64,000 bases of DNA from positions 64,001 through 128,000 of IMG/VR virus record IMGVR_UViG_3300021963_009201. One strand, given 5' to 3'. The stretch comes from a virus. How positions within the stretch are numbered: position 1 is the stretch's first letter; every line of letters begins with the position of its first letter. This document shows, one piece after another, positions 1-10,131 of this stretch. The translations under genes were made by a program, and so were the position numbers. The notes under the pieces were generated by a model. The model saw only the letters and a program-made list of their open reading frames with translations. It made no database searches and was not told the origin of the DNA.

Positions 1-2
1 AG

Positions 3-1085
3 CAATATATAGTAGACACTAGTTTTGGTTTTTTTGAAGAATCAGAAACAAATTACGCAGTAGTTGTGACCGATAATGATGGATTCGCTTTTTTGACTCT
101 TATATCTGAATATGGCGCAGATACTGAAACTGCAAATATAAACATCTCTAAGATAGTAGCAGACGGCTTAATTACTACTATTGATTTAACAGATATTACG
201 GATTTATCAGAAGGTTTGCCTTCTGGGATCGAGCCAGCAGACTTTAGTATCGCAGCCGCAGAAGATCCTGCTGGAATAGATGGAGTAGACATATCTGGTG
301 TTGGGGAAGTCATTGCGCAGTTGCAGTTTAACATTCAACCCAAATTTACTGAATCTTACCGACTTTATGCTACGGTAGACCCTAGCGCTATCCCGTCAGA
401 TGGATTGAGTAGCACTAGCGTTTACGGCAAGGTGATAGATGCCGATGGTAACCCAGTCCCATATGCGTACGTATCCTACAAAAAGGGTAGATCCATTTAC
501 GAACTGTTTACGAATACAAACGCAACCCCTGACGTAGGACCTAGTGCATCACCATCGGCTACTCCTATTTGGCCAAATTCTGGCAGGGTGCTTGCAAATT
601 CCGTTGGCGTTTTCCAAATTGGGCCATTCACTTCTGCTACCCCGGGAGATTCTGGTTACTGGTTTGTCTCGGCAGAGACGTATTCTGCCAGCCCATCTGG
701 CTTGATTGGGGATTGGGAGGCGACTGGAGATGTTGTTTTCTGGCAGGAATACCCAGCGAAACAAAATGCTGTTGTTTCCTCTAATTTGTCTATACCGGTA
801 CCAACAAATCAGGATGGAAGATATTATATCTGGACCGATGAAAACGGCATCGTTAGGTATGGTTTACCTGTACCGCCGCCTGCAACGGTTAATGCATTTC
901 CCACAACTTTTGACGAAGCAACCCCTACAGCTGGCGCAACTCCTGTTACTAATATATGGAGTCCTCCAAGATGGTATGCAATTAACCGTTACGAGCAGTA
1001 TCAACGTGGAATTCTAGGTGATGATTTTTATGTATATAGGATTTCAAATAGTCCAAATGTTCATCCAGATTATAGGGAATTTTAA
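3..1085 (+). CDS. 5'-truncated putative virion structural protein with a carboxypeptidase-regulatory/Ig-like segment
   Basis: Frame is open from base 3 (QYIVDTSFGFFEESETNYAVV...), so the true start is upstream of the window. Motif VYGKVIDADGNPVPYAYVSY. Abuts the next gene (TAATG). Confidence 0.55.
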   Translation, partial: QYIVDTSFGFFEESETNYAVVVTDNDGFAFLTLISEYGADTETANINISKIVADGLITTIDLTDITDLSEGLPSGIEPADFSIAAAEDPAGIDGVDISGVGEVIAQLQFNIQPKFTESYRLYATVDPSAIPSDGLSSTSVYGKVIDADGNPVPYAYVSYKKGRSIYELFTNTNATPDVGPSASPSATPIWPNSGRVLANSVGVFQIGPFTSATPGDSGYWFVSAETYSASPSGLIGDWEATGDVVFWQEYPAKQNAVVSSNLSIPVPTNQDGRYYIWTDENGIVRYGLPVPPPATVNAFPTTFDEATPTAGATPVTNIWSPPRWYAINRYEQYQRGILGDDFYVYRISNSPNVHPDYREF

Positions 1086-4000
1086 TGGAACGTTTTGAAA
1101 ATATCACTTCCTCAGGTAATGAGAAGGCGATTCGAAGAGGTAAGAAAGTTCCAGACGGGGATATCAATCTTGCCTGGGCAAAATCTCCACAACTTTCTCC
1201 CGACAATAGTATGATTATTGTTGATACTTCTTCGACAATTGCCGAAAATATAAATTCTTCGGAATATCGCTCAGGTTTTATGTATGCAAATCACTTAGGT
1301 ATACTCCAAGATGAGTTTGGTAATGAAGTCATTTTTGATGAGTATCCTGCTATAGCGGACGAATTTACAGTCGAAGAAAATTATGATATCTCTAGTGATA
1401 ATGAGTTTATCAAAAGTCATGTTCTAGCTTTTCGCCATATAAGTAGATATTTCCACGTAGACCAAGAAAGCTTGGTTATGGATGACGAGCCCCTGACAAT
1501 TGATAGGGATACAATCATCGTCGAAGATGAAAATGGTAGAGAATATCTGGGTAAAGATGGTAAAAAAAGGTATAAAATTCGGTTAGTCAAGTCCGATGAT
1601 TACCTAGAGACCGATACGGCAATTGGGGTCTACAGGGTATGGGTATACGTCGATACTGATCTAAATGAAAGCTTGTACCTTAGGTATAACAAGGTTGAGC
1701 TTTCCGCTAATGGAAGATCTATTAAAAATCAACTTGTTAGTTATAGAGAGACTTTAAATCCTCAGCCATATTTTAACTACGTCCCGGAAGAATCTGACGT
1801 CGCTGATTTTGCGGCTAATGACAGAAAAATATATACTACAAAAACAACTTCGGAAAAAGAACAGATTATTGGAGTCCCCAAATCTAGTAGCGAAGGTAGC
1901 AAAGTTTACGTACCAAAAAAGGCAATCAGCGACCCTAGGGTTTTCCAACCTTTTAGGTGGCGTGTTGTTGCAAACTTTAACGAAAGGTACACCGTAGACC
2001 CTACGAACACGCAAAAAGTGATAAGGGCGGGAATTCTAAGTAGGGATATCCGGTACCCAAGGACCATATCGGCATTTGAAAATCAGGGTAGCGGAGTTAA
2101 GTATAATTATTTAAATCCTGCGACAAAATTTCCGTACATCTTCTATAATTTGCAAAATTCAGAATATAATCCAACCGGTGCAGAAATAGTTAACCCAATT
2201 TCCGAAAAAAGAGGTTATACTATTGTCGAAGATTTAGACCCTGCGATACAAAGCCCGTCAGATTTCACCGCTACCAATAGTAACGATACTTATAATTGGT
2301 TGTCAAATATGACGGTACCCTTAAAAAAGGTTTTAGGGAATGACGCAAAAGAGTATGCAGGGTATTGGATTGTTAATTTTGATACCGTTACGGAAGATGA
2401 ATTAAAAGAATTTGATGTTCTTGTTTTAGATGTTGAGTCCTTTTCTCTAGACCTGTCAACAGCATTGCCTAAAATTATGAGATTTGCCAGAGATTTTGGT
2501 GGTTCAATCTACATACCCCTTAATGGTAAATGGGACATTTTAGGGTTAGGGTTAAGATTAACTAAGCCTGTCCATCCTTATACCGGTAAGGTGAAGATGG
2601 AGCCCGGTACGTTTAGGACTGCAGTTATAGAAGAGAGCGACTACTTTGGTCTTGGAGATACTATTGTGTCATCCAGTAGTACGGATGAATTGTTCAATGG
2701 TCAAGGTGAGTACGGTGGTTGGGATTTTGAGTCTACAGCTTATTCATCTGTTTCGCCTTTTAAGTTTCACCCATCAGCACTATACGCTAAAGATAAAAGT
2801 TACGTTCAGTATTTTTGGGAAAACTCAGATCCAAAACCAACAGAAAATGACCTAAATTATTGGAAGCCACTTTTCTCCTGTCGCAGATTTGACGTAGTAA
2901 ATCAAAAGGCTGGAGATTCAACCCTTTATCCATTGACCGTAATTAAACGCTTTGCTTCTGGCGGCTCAATAATAGTCGATGCACAAAATATTATAGGTGA
3001 ATGCAATAGCTTAGTAGATTCAGTAAATATATCCCCAAGAAGACTACAAATACCCAATTATTTTAGCCAAATTAATTCGGGGAGGTTTGAAGGTTCTTAT
3101 AAGTTCGGTTGGAACTGGATTTTATCGGCAGTATCTCAAAGGCCACTTAATTCTTCTGATCAAGAAAATTATTCTTCAACATGGTCTTTTGAGTCTGACT
3201 GGAAACCTTCTTGGGTAATTAAAGGTGAAGTCTTAAAGGACCCAGAGAAGCTTAAGTACTCTTTTAATTATGAATCAAAAGATTTATCAAATCTGGCACA
3301 AAAGGCGTGGAGACGAAAACTTGCAATAAACTACAATGATAATCAGGGTCCTGTTTTTAAGACATTAAAGCAAATTATTGATGGTCAAATAGTTAAAGAG
3401 CTTGGGCAAGAATACCTAGCTAGGGTTGCACTATCTCCAAGAACTTATGTCCTGGAAACTACGAACGCTAACGTTAGCGTACCATCAACTTTGGATGGAG
3501 ATATGTTCCCGTATGCTTGGACTGAAAGTTATTCTCCTGAATTTATTATTCCCGAAGGTTTTGGTCCACACGTAGTTAAAGATGAACCTATGATGGCGCA
3601 GTATGCTGCAGGTCAATACGTAGATGTGACTTATCCCCCGCAACGCTTTGCGGTCAAGGTGAAAGCAGATTTCGAGGATAGTTCACAATCTACAGTTAGG
3701 CAAGTGACGACAATCCTAGCCAGGTATAGAGGTAAAGAAGTCTTAAAGAATGGGCAAATGTACAGCCATGTATCTAAGGCGCGAACCTGGACTGAACACG
3801 GTTCTAATCAAATTTTGTTTAATCGATTTTCTAAAAATTGGGGTGGACCTAGGCCTAATTCTATCTTATCTAGGAACGAGCTATTACTCGGTAATATGAA
3901 CTCATATCCCTACGCAGGTATAGTTGGTAACTATCGTATTGGTGATTCGGGTGAGGTTGTAAGGTATATACAGTATTCTTTAAATAGACTCCACGATATT

Positions 4001-7000
4001 GTAACATCGTTACTGACTAAGGGTATTAATGGCCCTACGCCGATAGGGATGAATCGATCCGAAGGGTACAATGAAGCTATGGCCTGGGCCTTAAAGTATA
4101 GGCGCCCATCAGGTCCGCTAAATCAAAACGGGATTTACGATCAAGCAACGGCCGATGCTGTTAGTGCATTAAAAGTTCTGGCAAATACAAGATACAAAGA
4201 CGGTATAGCCGATTCTGAATTCTTTGCAGTTCTTGGAAGTCAAATTCAGTTCTGGGGTATTACGACTGAAGCCAGTCAGAACACGAATAATGACGCGGGC
4301 TTTGCAACTAACCCATATACCTATTTGCGTTACACAAGTGAACCTAATAAGTATATGAATTTGCGGAGTGTTTCAGATTCATCTGTCCTATATAATTATG
4401 CGCAAATTTCTAATTCTAGAGAAAACTCAGATCGCATATCAGATATAATACTTATTCAGTACCCAAAAGTTTATAATTTTCAGTATGTCTCAATAGTTCC
4501 CTACCTACTTGGGGAGGGTAATGTTAATGTAGATTTTGTTGATATTAGGTTATCAAGAATTGATACTACAAGATTTACCGGCGATATGAATAATAAGGCT
4601 TGGCAGTATTATGAAATAGAAGAGCAGCCAGCTCCCGGGTTAGGTTGGACTCCCGACCTGCCAAGGATACTTTGGGCACAAACGCCAGGCGTACTGAATG
4701 AATCAGGCTTTAATTATACATCTTATGCTGTTTTAGAGTTCTTTAGTCAAGAAAATACACGACAGTACATCAAGATAATCCAAAGAGCCCTTCAGGTTAA
4801 TCCTGACGGAACCTTTGGTGCGAGCACTGCAGACGCTGCGCTAAGGTGGAAAACAAATAGGGCCTACAAGTGGGGGATCCCAATAGATAACACCTGGGGG
4901 CTTATATCTTCAGTGGAAAACATCCAAAAGTTACTTCATGTAACAGTTGATGGTTATTATGGTCCAGAAACAGAACGGGCAGTTATGGCCTGGCAAGCTA
5001 ATTGGGGCGGGGAAATACCAATAGATGGTTTCTGGGGGCCAATTACGCAAAAAGTTACGGATGAATTTTTCCAATATCTCGGTGGCTTACCTACTGTTAG
5101 AAGAATCAAGAAGCATTTACCAGAACCATATTTTGTATGGCCGCAGGATATACTCAGAGGTTACAGTAGCGCAAATGCATTAGTGAAAAATATTAATCGA
5201 TCAGGTTCAAGCGGCTCAAAAATAGACATACAAATACCCCAAAGTTCCAGGGCATTTGGTAATACGATTATTGTGGGCATATCATCTAGATCCAAGATTG
5301 CTTCTGGCAGTAATCAAGTTCAACTTGGCATCTCTGATATAACCGGCTACGGAAATGATACCGTTGGGTTCAACACTATATACGGGGGTGATGCAGTAAT
5401 AGACTATGAAGGCGTAGTTACCAAAACTTTCGATATTGTAGGCGACAGGGGTCCAATACAGCTGCAGCACGACTATAAGTCGACGGGTGCGCCAGGTTAC
5501 TTAACTGATGTAGAGTGGGGGATTGACCCGATTACCGAAGTTTCGTCAACTATCTTCCCTGGGTTTAATCCTTCCGAGGTTAGCCTATACAGAGTGGAAA
5601 GTAGTAACCCCAACGTTGAGGCTTTCATCTCAAAGGATGGAAAACTTTACCTAAGGACAGATGAAGTCATTAACAATAGTGAATCAAAATACAGTGAAGG
5701 ACAATGGCTTCCGTGTCCTCCCGATACACCTATGGATAAGGGAGAAATGGTAGCCTTTTCTTCTCGTACATCAACCTCTACAGTGATTGTAAATCCTTCG
5801 CAAAACCCCATTTACGCAATGGATGAGAATGGGAAAATGTTCCCCGGTGTGCAAACTGGCTTTGTTAGTAAGGCTGAAGGCATAAAGTTGCTTTGTGATT
5901 CTCAAGGTAGGCCAGTCGGGTTCCCCCAAGTCCCTTCCGGCGTTGGTCCCGAAGAAGCTCAAAGACACTATACGAGATTTAACCTCGATTTTTTTGTCTC
6001 GTCTACTTTTGTTCGTGTTGGTTTTTATGATAAAAAGCAAAAAGAATTCATTATTAACTCAGATGAATCCTCGATGAGTTATATTGAATATATTAATCGA
6101 GGCCCGGAGAATGTTTATATTGGCGTTGTTGCCGAGACAGAATCTATAGAGACTAAAAACTACCCGACAGTTGAAAACGGTTTTGGTCAAATACCATTTA
6201 AGTACGCAATGCCAGTTTATGGGATAACCGCAAAAAGCGCATCAAAAATAGGCATCGAACGAATTGACTCTAACTTGGGCATTTCCGATATATGGGGCAT
6301 CCCAATAAGGGCTGGTTCATTCAGCAGGGTTGTAAACGTGCCGTCAAATTCTGTGCTACCGATTTCTGGTTGGGTTTCTGAGTATCAGGGTAAAAACGTT
6401 AAAGCGTTTTATTCAGTTCCTGAGGCAAGTAAAATGGGATGGTCATCAGTATACGGTAGGCCATATATTGATGTTAAATCGGAAAATCCGACTGTTATAT
6501 CAACGGACGTGATACGTGTTAAGCAGGCTCCTATAGCTATGTTTGTTGAGCCAACACAGATTCCTTCTAATTCTGACCCCATTAAGCCAAGGTTTACTGT
6601 TTGGACGAGAAGCACCGCATATGACGAGTGGGTGCAAATATCGATGTCAGATATTGTCGACTACAATAGCTCAAATGGAACAATATATCTGAAAACTCCC
6701 TTGGCTGAAGAAGACCCAAATCTTGTAAAAGTTGACTATACATGCTTATCAAGAGTTTACGTCGCTAAAAAAATTAATGGTCAAAATGTTAATTTAAACC
6801 CTTATGTAAAATCTAGGCCAGAACTTATAGGTGTGCCGATTTACGTCTACATACTCCCAGCCTATGTTGTTAACGGTGACGGAGAGATTATTCCTGATTC
6901 GATTAATGAAGCAACCCTAAACATTGCAACGGATAATTCTATTCTAAACCAATTTAGTTCAACATATAATCCCCTAGCCCTTCATATAGGAACGGTTTTT

Positions 7001-7309
7001 GTTTCTACTGCAGCAAAAATGCAAGATATTACATTAATAGACACTAGGCGCAGAGGCGGGGGGCTTACGGAGACAAATAGCCTTTCTAAGTTTGAGTTAG
7101 AGAATCCAGAAATAGATTCATACTGGGATGTTAGTGCCTCATCTATGGCGAGCGTACAGTCGGGTGGTTTTGTTGTGATAAGGCTACCCAAAATGTTAAA
7201 ATTAGTATTCCCAGATACTAAAGACATAGAAGATATTATACGACGTAATATCTCTGCAGGTGTTGATTTTATGATCGAAGACCTAGAAGGGCGCCCGTGG
7301 GATGAATAG
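1085..7309 (+). CDS. giant (2074 aa) putative virion/baseplate protein with internal peptidoglycan-binding-like repeats
   Basis: Long ORF in the structural block. PG_binding_1-like motifs: NGIYDQATADAVSALK, IQRALQVNPDGTFGASTADAA, IQKLLHVTVDGYYGPETERAVMAWQ, IDGFWGPIT. Confidence 0.65.
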   Translation: MERFENITSSGNEKAIRRGKKVPDGDINLAWAKSPQLSPDNSMIIVDTSSTIAENINSSEYRSGFMYANHLGILQDEFGNEVIFDEYPAIADEFTVEENYDISSDNEFIKSHVLAFRHISRYFHVDQESLVMDDEPLTIDRDTIIVEDENGREYLGKDGKKRYKIRLVKSDDYLETDTAIGVYRVWVYVDTDLNESLYLRYNKVELSANGRSIKNQLVSYRETLNPQPYFNYVPEESDVADFAANDRKIYTTKTTSEKEQIIGVPKSSSEGSKVYVPKKAISDPRVFQPFRWRVVANFNERYTVDPTNTQKVIRAGILSRDIRYPRTISAFENQGSGVKYNYLNPATKFPYIFYNLQNSEYNPTGAEIVNPISEKRGYTIVEDLDPAIQSPSDFTATNSNDTYNWLSNMTVPLKKVLGNDAKEYAGYWIVNFDTVTEDELKEFDVLVLDVESFSLDLSTALPKIMRFARDFGGSIYIPLNGKWDILGLGLRLTKPVHPYTGKVKMEPGTFRTAVIEESDYFGLGDTIVSSSSTDELFNGQGEYGGWDFESTAYSSVSPFKFHPSALYAKDKSYVQYFWENSDPKPTENDLNYWKPLFSCRRFDVVNQKAGDSTLYPLTVIKRFASGGSIIVDAQNIIGECNSLVDSVNISPRRLQIPNYFSQINSGRFEGSYKFGWNWILSAVSQRPLNSSDQENYSSTWSFESDWKPSWVIKGEVLKDPEKLKYSFNYESKDLSNLAQKAWRRKLAINYNDNQGPVFKTLKQIIDGQIVKELGQEYLARVALSPRTYVLETTNANVSVPSTLDGDMFPYAWTESYSPEFIIPEGFGPHVVKDEPMMAQYAAGQYVDVTYPPQRFAVKVKADFEDSSQSTVRQVTTILARYRGKEVLKNGQMYSHVSKARTWTEHGSNQILFNRFSKNWGGPRPNSILSRNELLLGNMNSYPYAGIVGNYRIGDSGEVVRYIQYSLNRLHDIVTSLLTKGINGPTPIGMNRSEGYNEAMAWALKYRRPSGPLNQNGIYDQATADAVSALKVLANTRYKDGIADSEFFAVLGSQIQFWGITTEASQNTNNDAGFATNPYTYLRYTSEPNKYMNLRSVSDSSVLYNYAQISNSRENSDRISDIILIQYPKVYNFQYVSIVPYLLGEGNVNVDFVDIRLSRIDTTRFTGDMNNKAWQYYEIEEQPAPGLGWTPDLPRILWAQTPGVLNESGFNYTSYAVLEFFSQENTRQYIKIIQRALQVNPDGTFGASTADAALRWKTNRAYKWGIPIDNTWGLISSVENIQKLLHVTVDGYYGPETERAVMAWQANWGGEIPIDGFWGPITQKVTDEFFQYLGGLPTVRRIKKHLPEPYFVWPQDILRGYSSANALVKNINRSGSSGSKIDIQIPQSSRAFGNTIIVGISSRSKIASGSNQVQLGISDITGYGNDTVGFNTIYGGDAVIDYEGVVTKTFDIVGDRGPIQLQHDYKSTGAPGYLTDVEWGIDPITEVSSTIFPGFNPSEVSLYRVESSNPNVEAFISKDGKLYLRTDEVINNSESKYSEGQWLPCPPDTPMDKGEMVAFSSRTSTSTVIVNPSQNPIYAMDENGKMFPGVQTGFVSKAEGIKLLCDSQGRPVGFPQVPSGVGPEEAQRHYTRFNLDFFVSSTFVRVGFYDKKQKEFIINSDESSMSYIEYINRGPENVYIGVVAETESIETKNYPTVENGFGQIPFKYAMPVYGITAKSASKIGIERIDSNLGISDIWGIPIRAGSFSRVVNVPSNSVLPISGWVSEYQGKNVKAFYSVPEASKMGWSSVYGRPYIDVKSENPTVISTDVIRVKQAPIAMFVEPTQIPSNSDPIKPRFTVWTRSTAYDEWVQISMSDIVDYNSSNGTIYLKTPLAEEDPNLVKVDYTCLSRVYVAKKINGQNVNLNPYVKSRPELIGVPIYVYILPAYVVNGDGEIIPDSINEATLNIATDNSILNQFSSTYNPLALHIGTVFVSTAAKMQDITLIDTRRRGGGLTETNSLSKFELENPEIDSYWDVSASSMASVQSGGFVVIRLPKMLKLVFPDTKDIEDIIRRNISAGVDFMIEDLEGRPWDE

Positions 7310-10130
7310 ATACATCAATGATGCGATAGCCCTTAGGGGCACATCTACAATAGAGAGTGCGCCTTTCATGCTGCAGGCAGCTAAGGTAAACAAGGTCACT
7401 CTTGACGACCTTGTTGCTAGGCTTAATGATAATTCTATGTTTACTAATGCTGTCTTGGCGCTAGTTGATATGGGCAATATAGCCTCAGGGGTAACTTTAA
7501 GGAATGCATTGTCTGATGTGTATTCTCGGTTTGACGATATGTTTGATACAGCTAATTCGGTTTCCTTGATATTTGACAACAACGCGATGCTTCTTTCTTC
7601 GGAGATTAAAAGGCTTGAGTCTGAGTTGACATCATTGCAAAAATCGGTAGATAATTATTCATTTTTACTTTCTGACTCTAATGCATACGATTCAGTTTTT
7701 GTTGATGATTTTAGCGATACTGTGAACTTTGCGGAATTTGATTTTTCTATATTTCAATTTTTGACCGATAGATCTGGCATAAATTTTCAGCCATCAGAGC
7801 GCGCCCAGGTACTCACGGATGAAGGAGTTCTTGCTATGTCTCCTTCCACAAATATAGATTACCAGTCAACTGCTAAGATTTGGGCTTCGAATTGTGCGAG
7901 AATGTTTTTCCCGTCAAATAAAAATAATGCTATTGACAACATTACGGAATATGACAACTTAATGGGGTGGAGGTCTGTTGTCGAATCATCGTCTATAATC
8001 AATAGCCCTTTGGTATACTTTGAAAATTTGAATGAACCTAACTCGCTTCTTGGTGCGCAGTTTATAATCGAAGTGTCAGTTACTGAAGAAAAACCAATTG
8101 ACACGCTAGTTATAGATCCATTTACGGACTACCCATTTGAATTGGTGCAGGTGATTGGTTTTACAAGCGCTTCGGATAGTGAGGGTAAAAAGCTGCTACT
8201 TAAGCCCTTAACAATCGACGTTACAAAAAATATATTCTTTGAAAAAAATTCATATCAAAGATTTCATTTATATTTAAACCAAAAAATCTACACCAGAAAA
8301 GCTAATTCCACTTACAAGCCCGAAGCCGCGGCCGAGAATAGGTCCGCCCAGCTGCTGGAGGCGCAAGGTCGGCAGTCTGATGTAACGGTATCTTTAGGTG
8401 AAGGGGTTATCGATCTTCAACCTTACTGGAGAAAAGTGCTAGAGAATTTAGGCGAATCATTAGGTCAGCGTGATTCAGAATTGTTAAAATCTGGTCTTCC
8501 ATCGTATTGGAGTCTTTCTTCTGGTTTTGTTAACTTAGAATTAGAGGAAAGAGAGAATGGAGATTTACTCAATCGTTCGGTTAAGTTGGAAAGCGTTAAC
8601 GATTCGTATCTCCAGAATATGATGACACGATTTTTTGGAACACAAAATGGTGGAATTGGTTCATACTTTAGGTCACTCATAGAAAGATCGCATGGCGGAA
8701 ACCCTCAGTTAAATCCGCAGTTTAACTCAAACAATGTGTCGATGTTAAGACTATCACCGTATAGTAGGGTCGGTGATGATGAGTCTATTTTTAATGTTCC
8801 GATTAGTGATACCTCAAAGAATTACTATACGGAAATTTCCGAATCAGACGTAAGTTCAAGTGATTCATGGTCCGCTAAAGCAGATTGGCAGTCTTGGCCC
8901 GGCGGCGTAGTTGGTGGTACGATAGATGGGAACATAACGAACCGTAGGGTTTGGAGTGAGTCTCGCGGCGTTTGGTTGGAGGGGCCATCAGATAGCTTCT
9001 CGGCAGATACTTTATACCCTGGTGGCGGAGGTTATATCAGAGATGCGGCTAGTGCTGAAATATTGGATGCAATAGACCCAGATGACACGCCAAGTCCTGG
9101 CGGTACTGATCTTTATATTCCGACATTAAAATATAATGAAGCTTTTTACGCACCAAGATCTCCTTATACCTACAAATATGTGCTAGGCATAAGAAGTATG
9201 AAGCTCAAGCTATCTGGCCACAAGCAGAGGTCTATTTATGTTAGTAGGATTATTGGTACTCCTGGAGACATTTCGGCCCTGAAGTTAAAAGAATCTTCCG
9301 ATAATTTCCTATATAAAGACAATCTAGACACGGAATCATTAACGTCTGTTGAGTATTCAGTAACTAATCAGCCAGACATATGGAAAGAAGAAAGTTGGAC
9401 GCCGATACTGCCGGTTGATAAGGGTATAGTAAGGGGAGAAAGGTTGTTCCCAGACTCCAATGGTGTTTCTGTTTTTCGTTTCCCAGTATCTGATGGAACA
9501 GTTTCATTTTTTAAAAACGGAAAAGTTTTTGATGCGATCAAGCTTGGCGCAAATCTACTTAGAAGGCCTGGCAATAGTACCGTTTATGGGATTAACTTTC
9601 CTTTAACCGCATATTCATCAACCGATATTTTAACCTGCGATTATGTACCAAGCGGCGATAATCATGTAATAAGTTTTGATAATTTTTCTAATAAAGTTAA
9701 CTTGTCTACGTCTTATGCTGACGAAGATGGCCCTGGCCAAGCCTTCATTGGGAATTCTAATATTGAATATCAACTTCAATATAGTCCTTACGTGGACTAC
9801 GATAGTGTTAAGGCGCGTGGCTCGGAGTATGTACCAATATCGATTATTTTTCAAGATGGGTCCACTCCGTCAAACTTGACTAATTATTTGAGCAAGGAAA
9901 AAGTTTTATTAGATTCCTCAAGTCTTCAGTATTCATTCCTACAATCTGGGAATGTTATTATTTTTAATAAACCCGTAACACAAAAATTTAGGGTTTATTA
10001 TAGTTATTTTCCAAGCAATTTTCGCGTAAGGGTAATTCTCCGAAGCAATTACATTGAGCCAATCAGCCCTAAGGTGGACTATTACCAGGTAAAAACTCAA
10101 ACAAGAAAACCTGACGCAAAAAGGGATTAG
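7302..10130 (+). CDS. large putative structural protein (942 aa), paralogue 1
   Basis: N-terminal coiled coil, beta-rich body, C-terminal RVRVILRS...SPKVDYYQVK motif shared with three neighbours. Confidence 0.55.
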   Translation: MNRYINDAIALRGTSTIESAPFMLQAAKVNKVTLDDLVARLNDNSMFTNAVLALVDMGNIASGVTLRNALSDVYSRFDDMFDTANSVSLIFDNNAMLLSSEIKRLESELTSLQKSVDNYSFLLSDSNAYDSVFVDDFSDTVNFAEFDFSIFQFLTDRSGINFQPSERAQVLTDEGVLAMSPSTNIDYQSTAKIWASNCARMFFPSNKNNAIDNITEYDNLMGWRSVVESSSIINSPLVYFENLNEPNSLLGAQFIIEVSVTEEKPIDTLVIDPFTDYPFELVQVIGFTSASDSEGKKLLLKPLTIDVTKNIFFEKNSYQRFHLYLNQKIYTRKANSTYKPEAAAENRSAQLLEAQGRQSDVTVSLGEGVIDLQPYWRKVLENLGESLGQRDSELLKSGLPSYWSLSSGFVNLELEERENGDLLNRSVKLESVNDSYLQNMMTRFFGTQNGGIGSYFRSLIERSHGGNPQLNPQFNSNNVSMLRLSPYSRVGDDESIFNVPISDTSKNYYTEISESDVSSSDSWSAKADWQSWPGGVVGGTIDGNITNRRVWSESRGVWLEGPSDSFSADTLYPGGGGYIRDAASAEILDAIDPDDTPSPGGTDLYIPTLKYNEAFYAPRSPYTYKYVLGIRSMKLKLSGHKQRSIYVSRIIGTPGDISALKLKESSDNFLYKDNLDTESLTSVEYSVTNQPDIWKEESWTPILPVDKGIVRGERLFPDSNGVSVFRFPVSDGTVSFFKNGKVFDAIKLGANLLRRPGNSTVYGINFPLTAYSSTDILTCDYVPSGDNHVISFDNFSNKVNLSTSYADEDGPGQAFIGNSNIEYQLQYSPYVDYDSVKARGSEYVPISIIFQDGSTPSNLTNYLSKEKVLLDSSSLQYSFLQSGNVIIFNKPVTQKFRVYYSYFPSNFRVRVILRSNYIEPISPKVDYYQVKTQTRKPDAKRD

Positions 10131-10131
10131 C

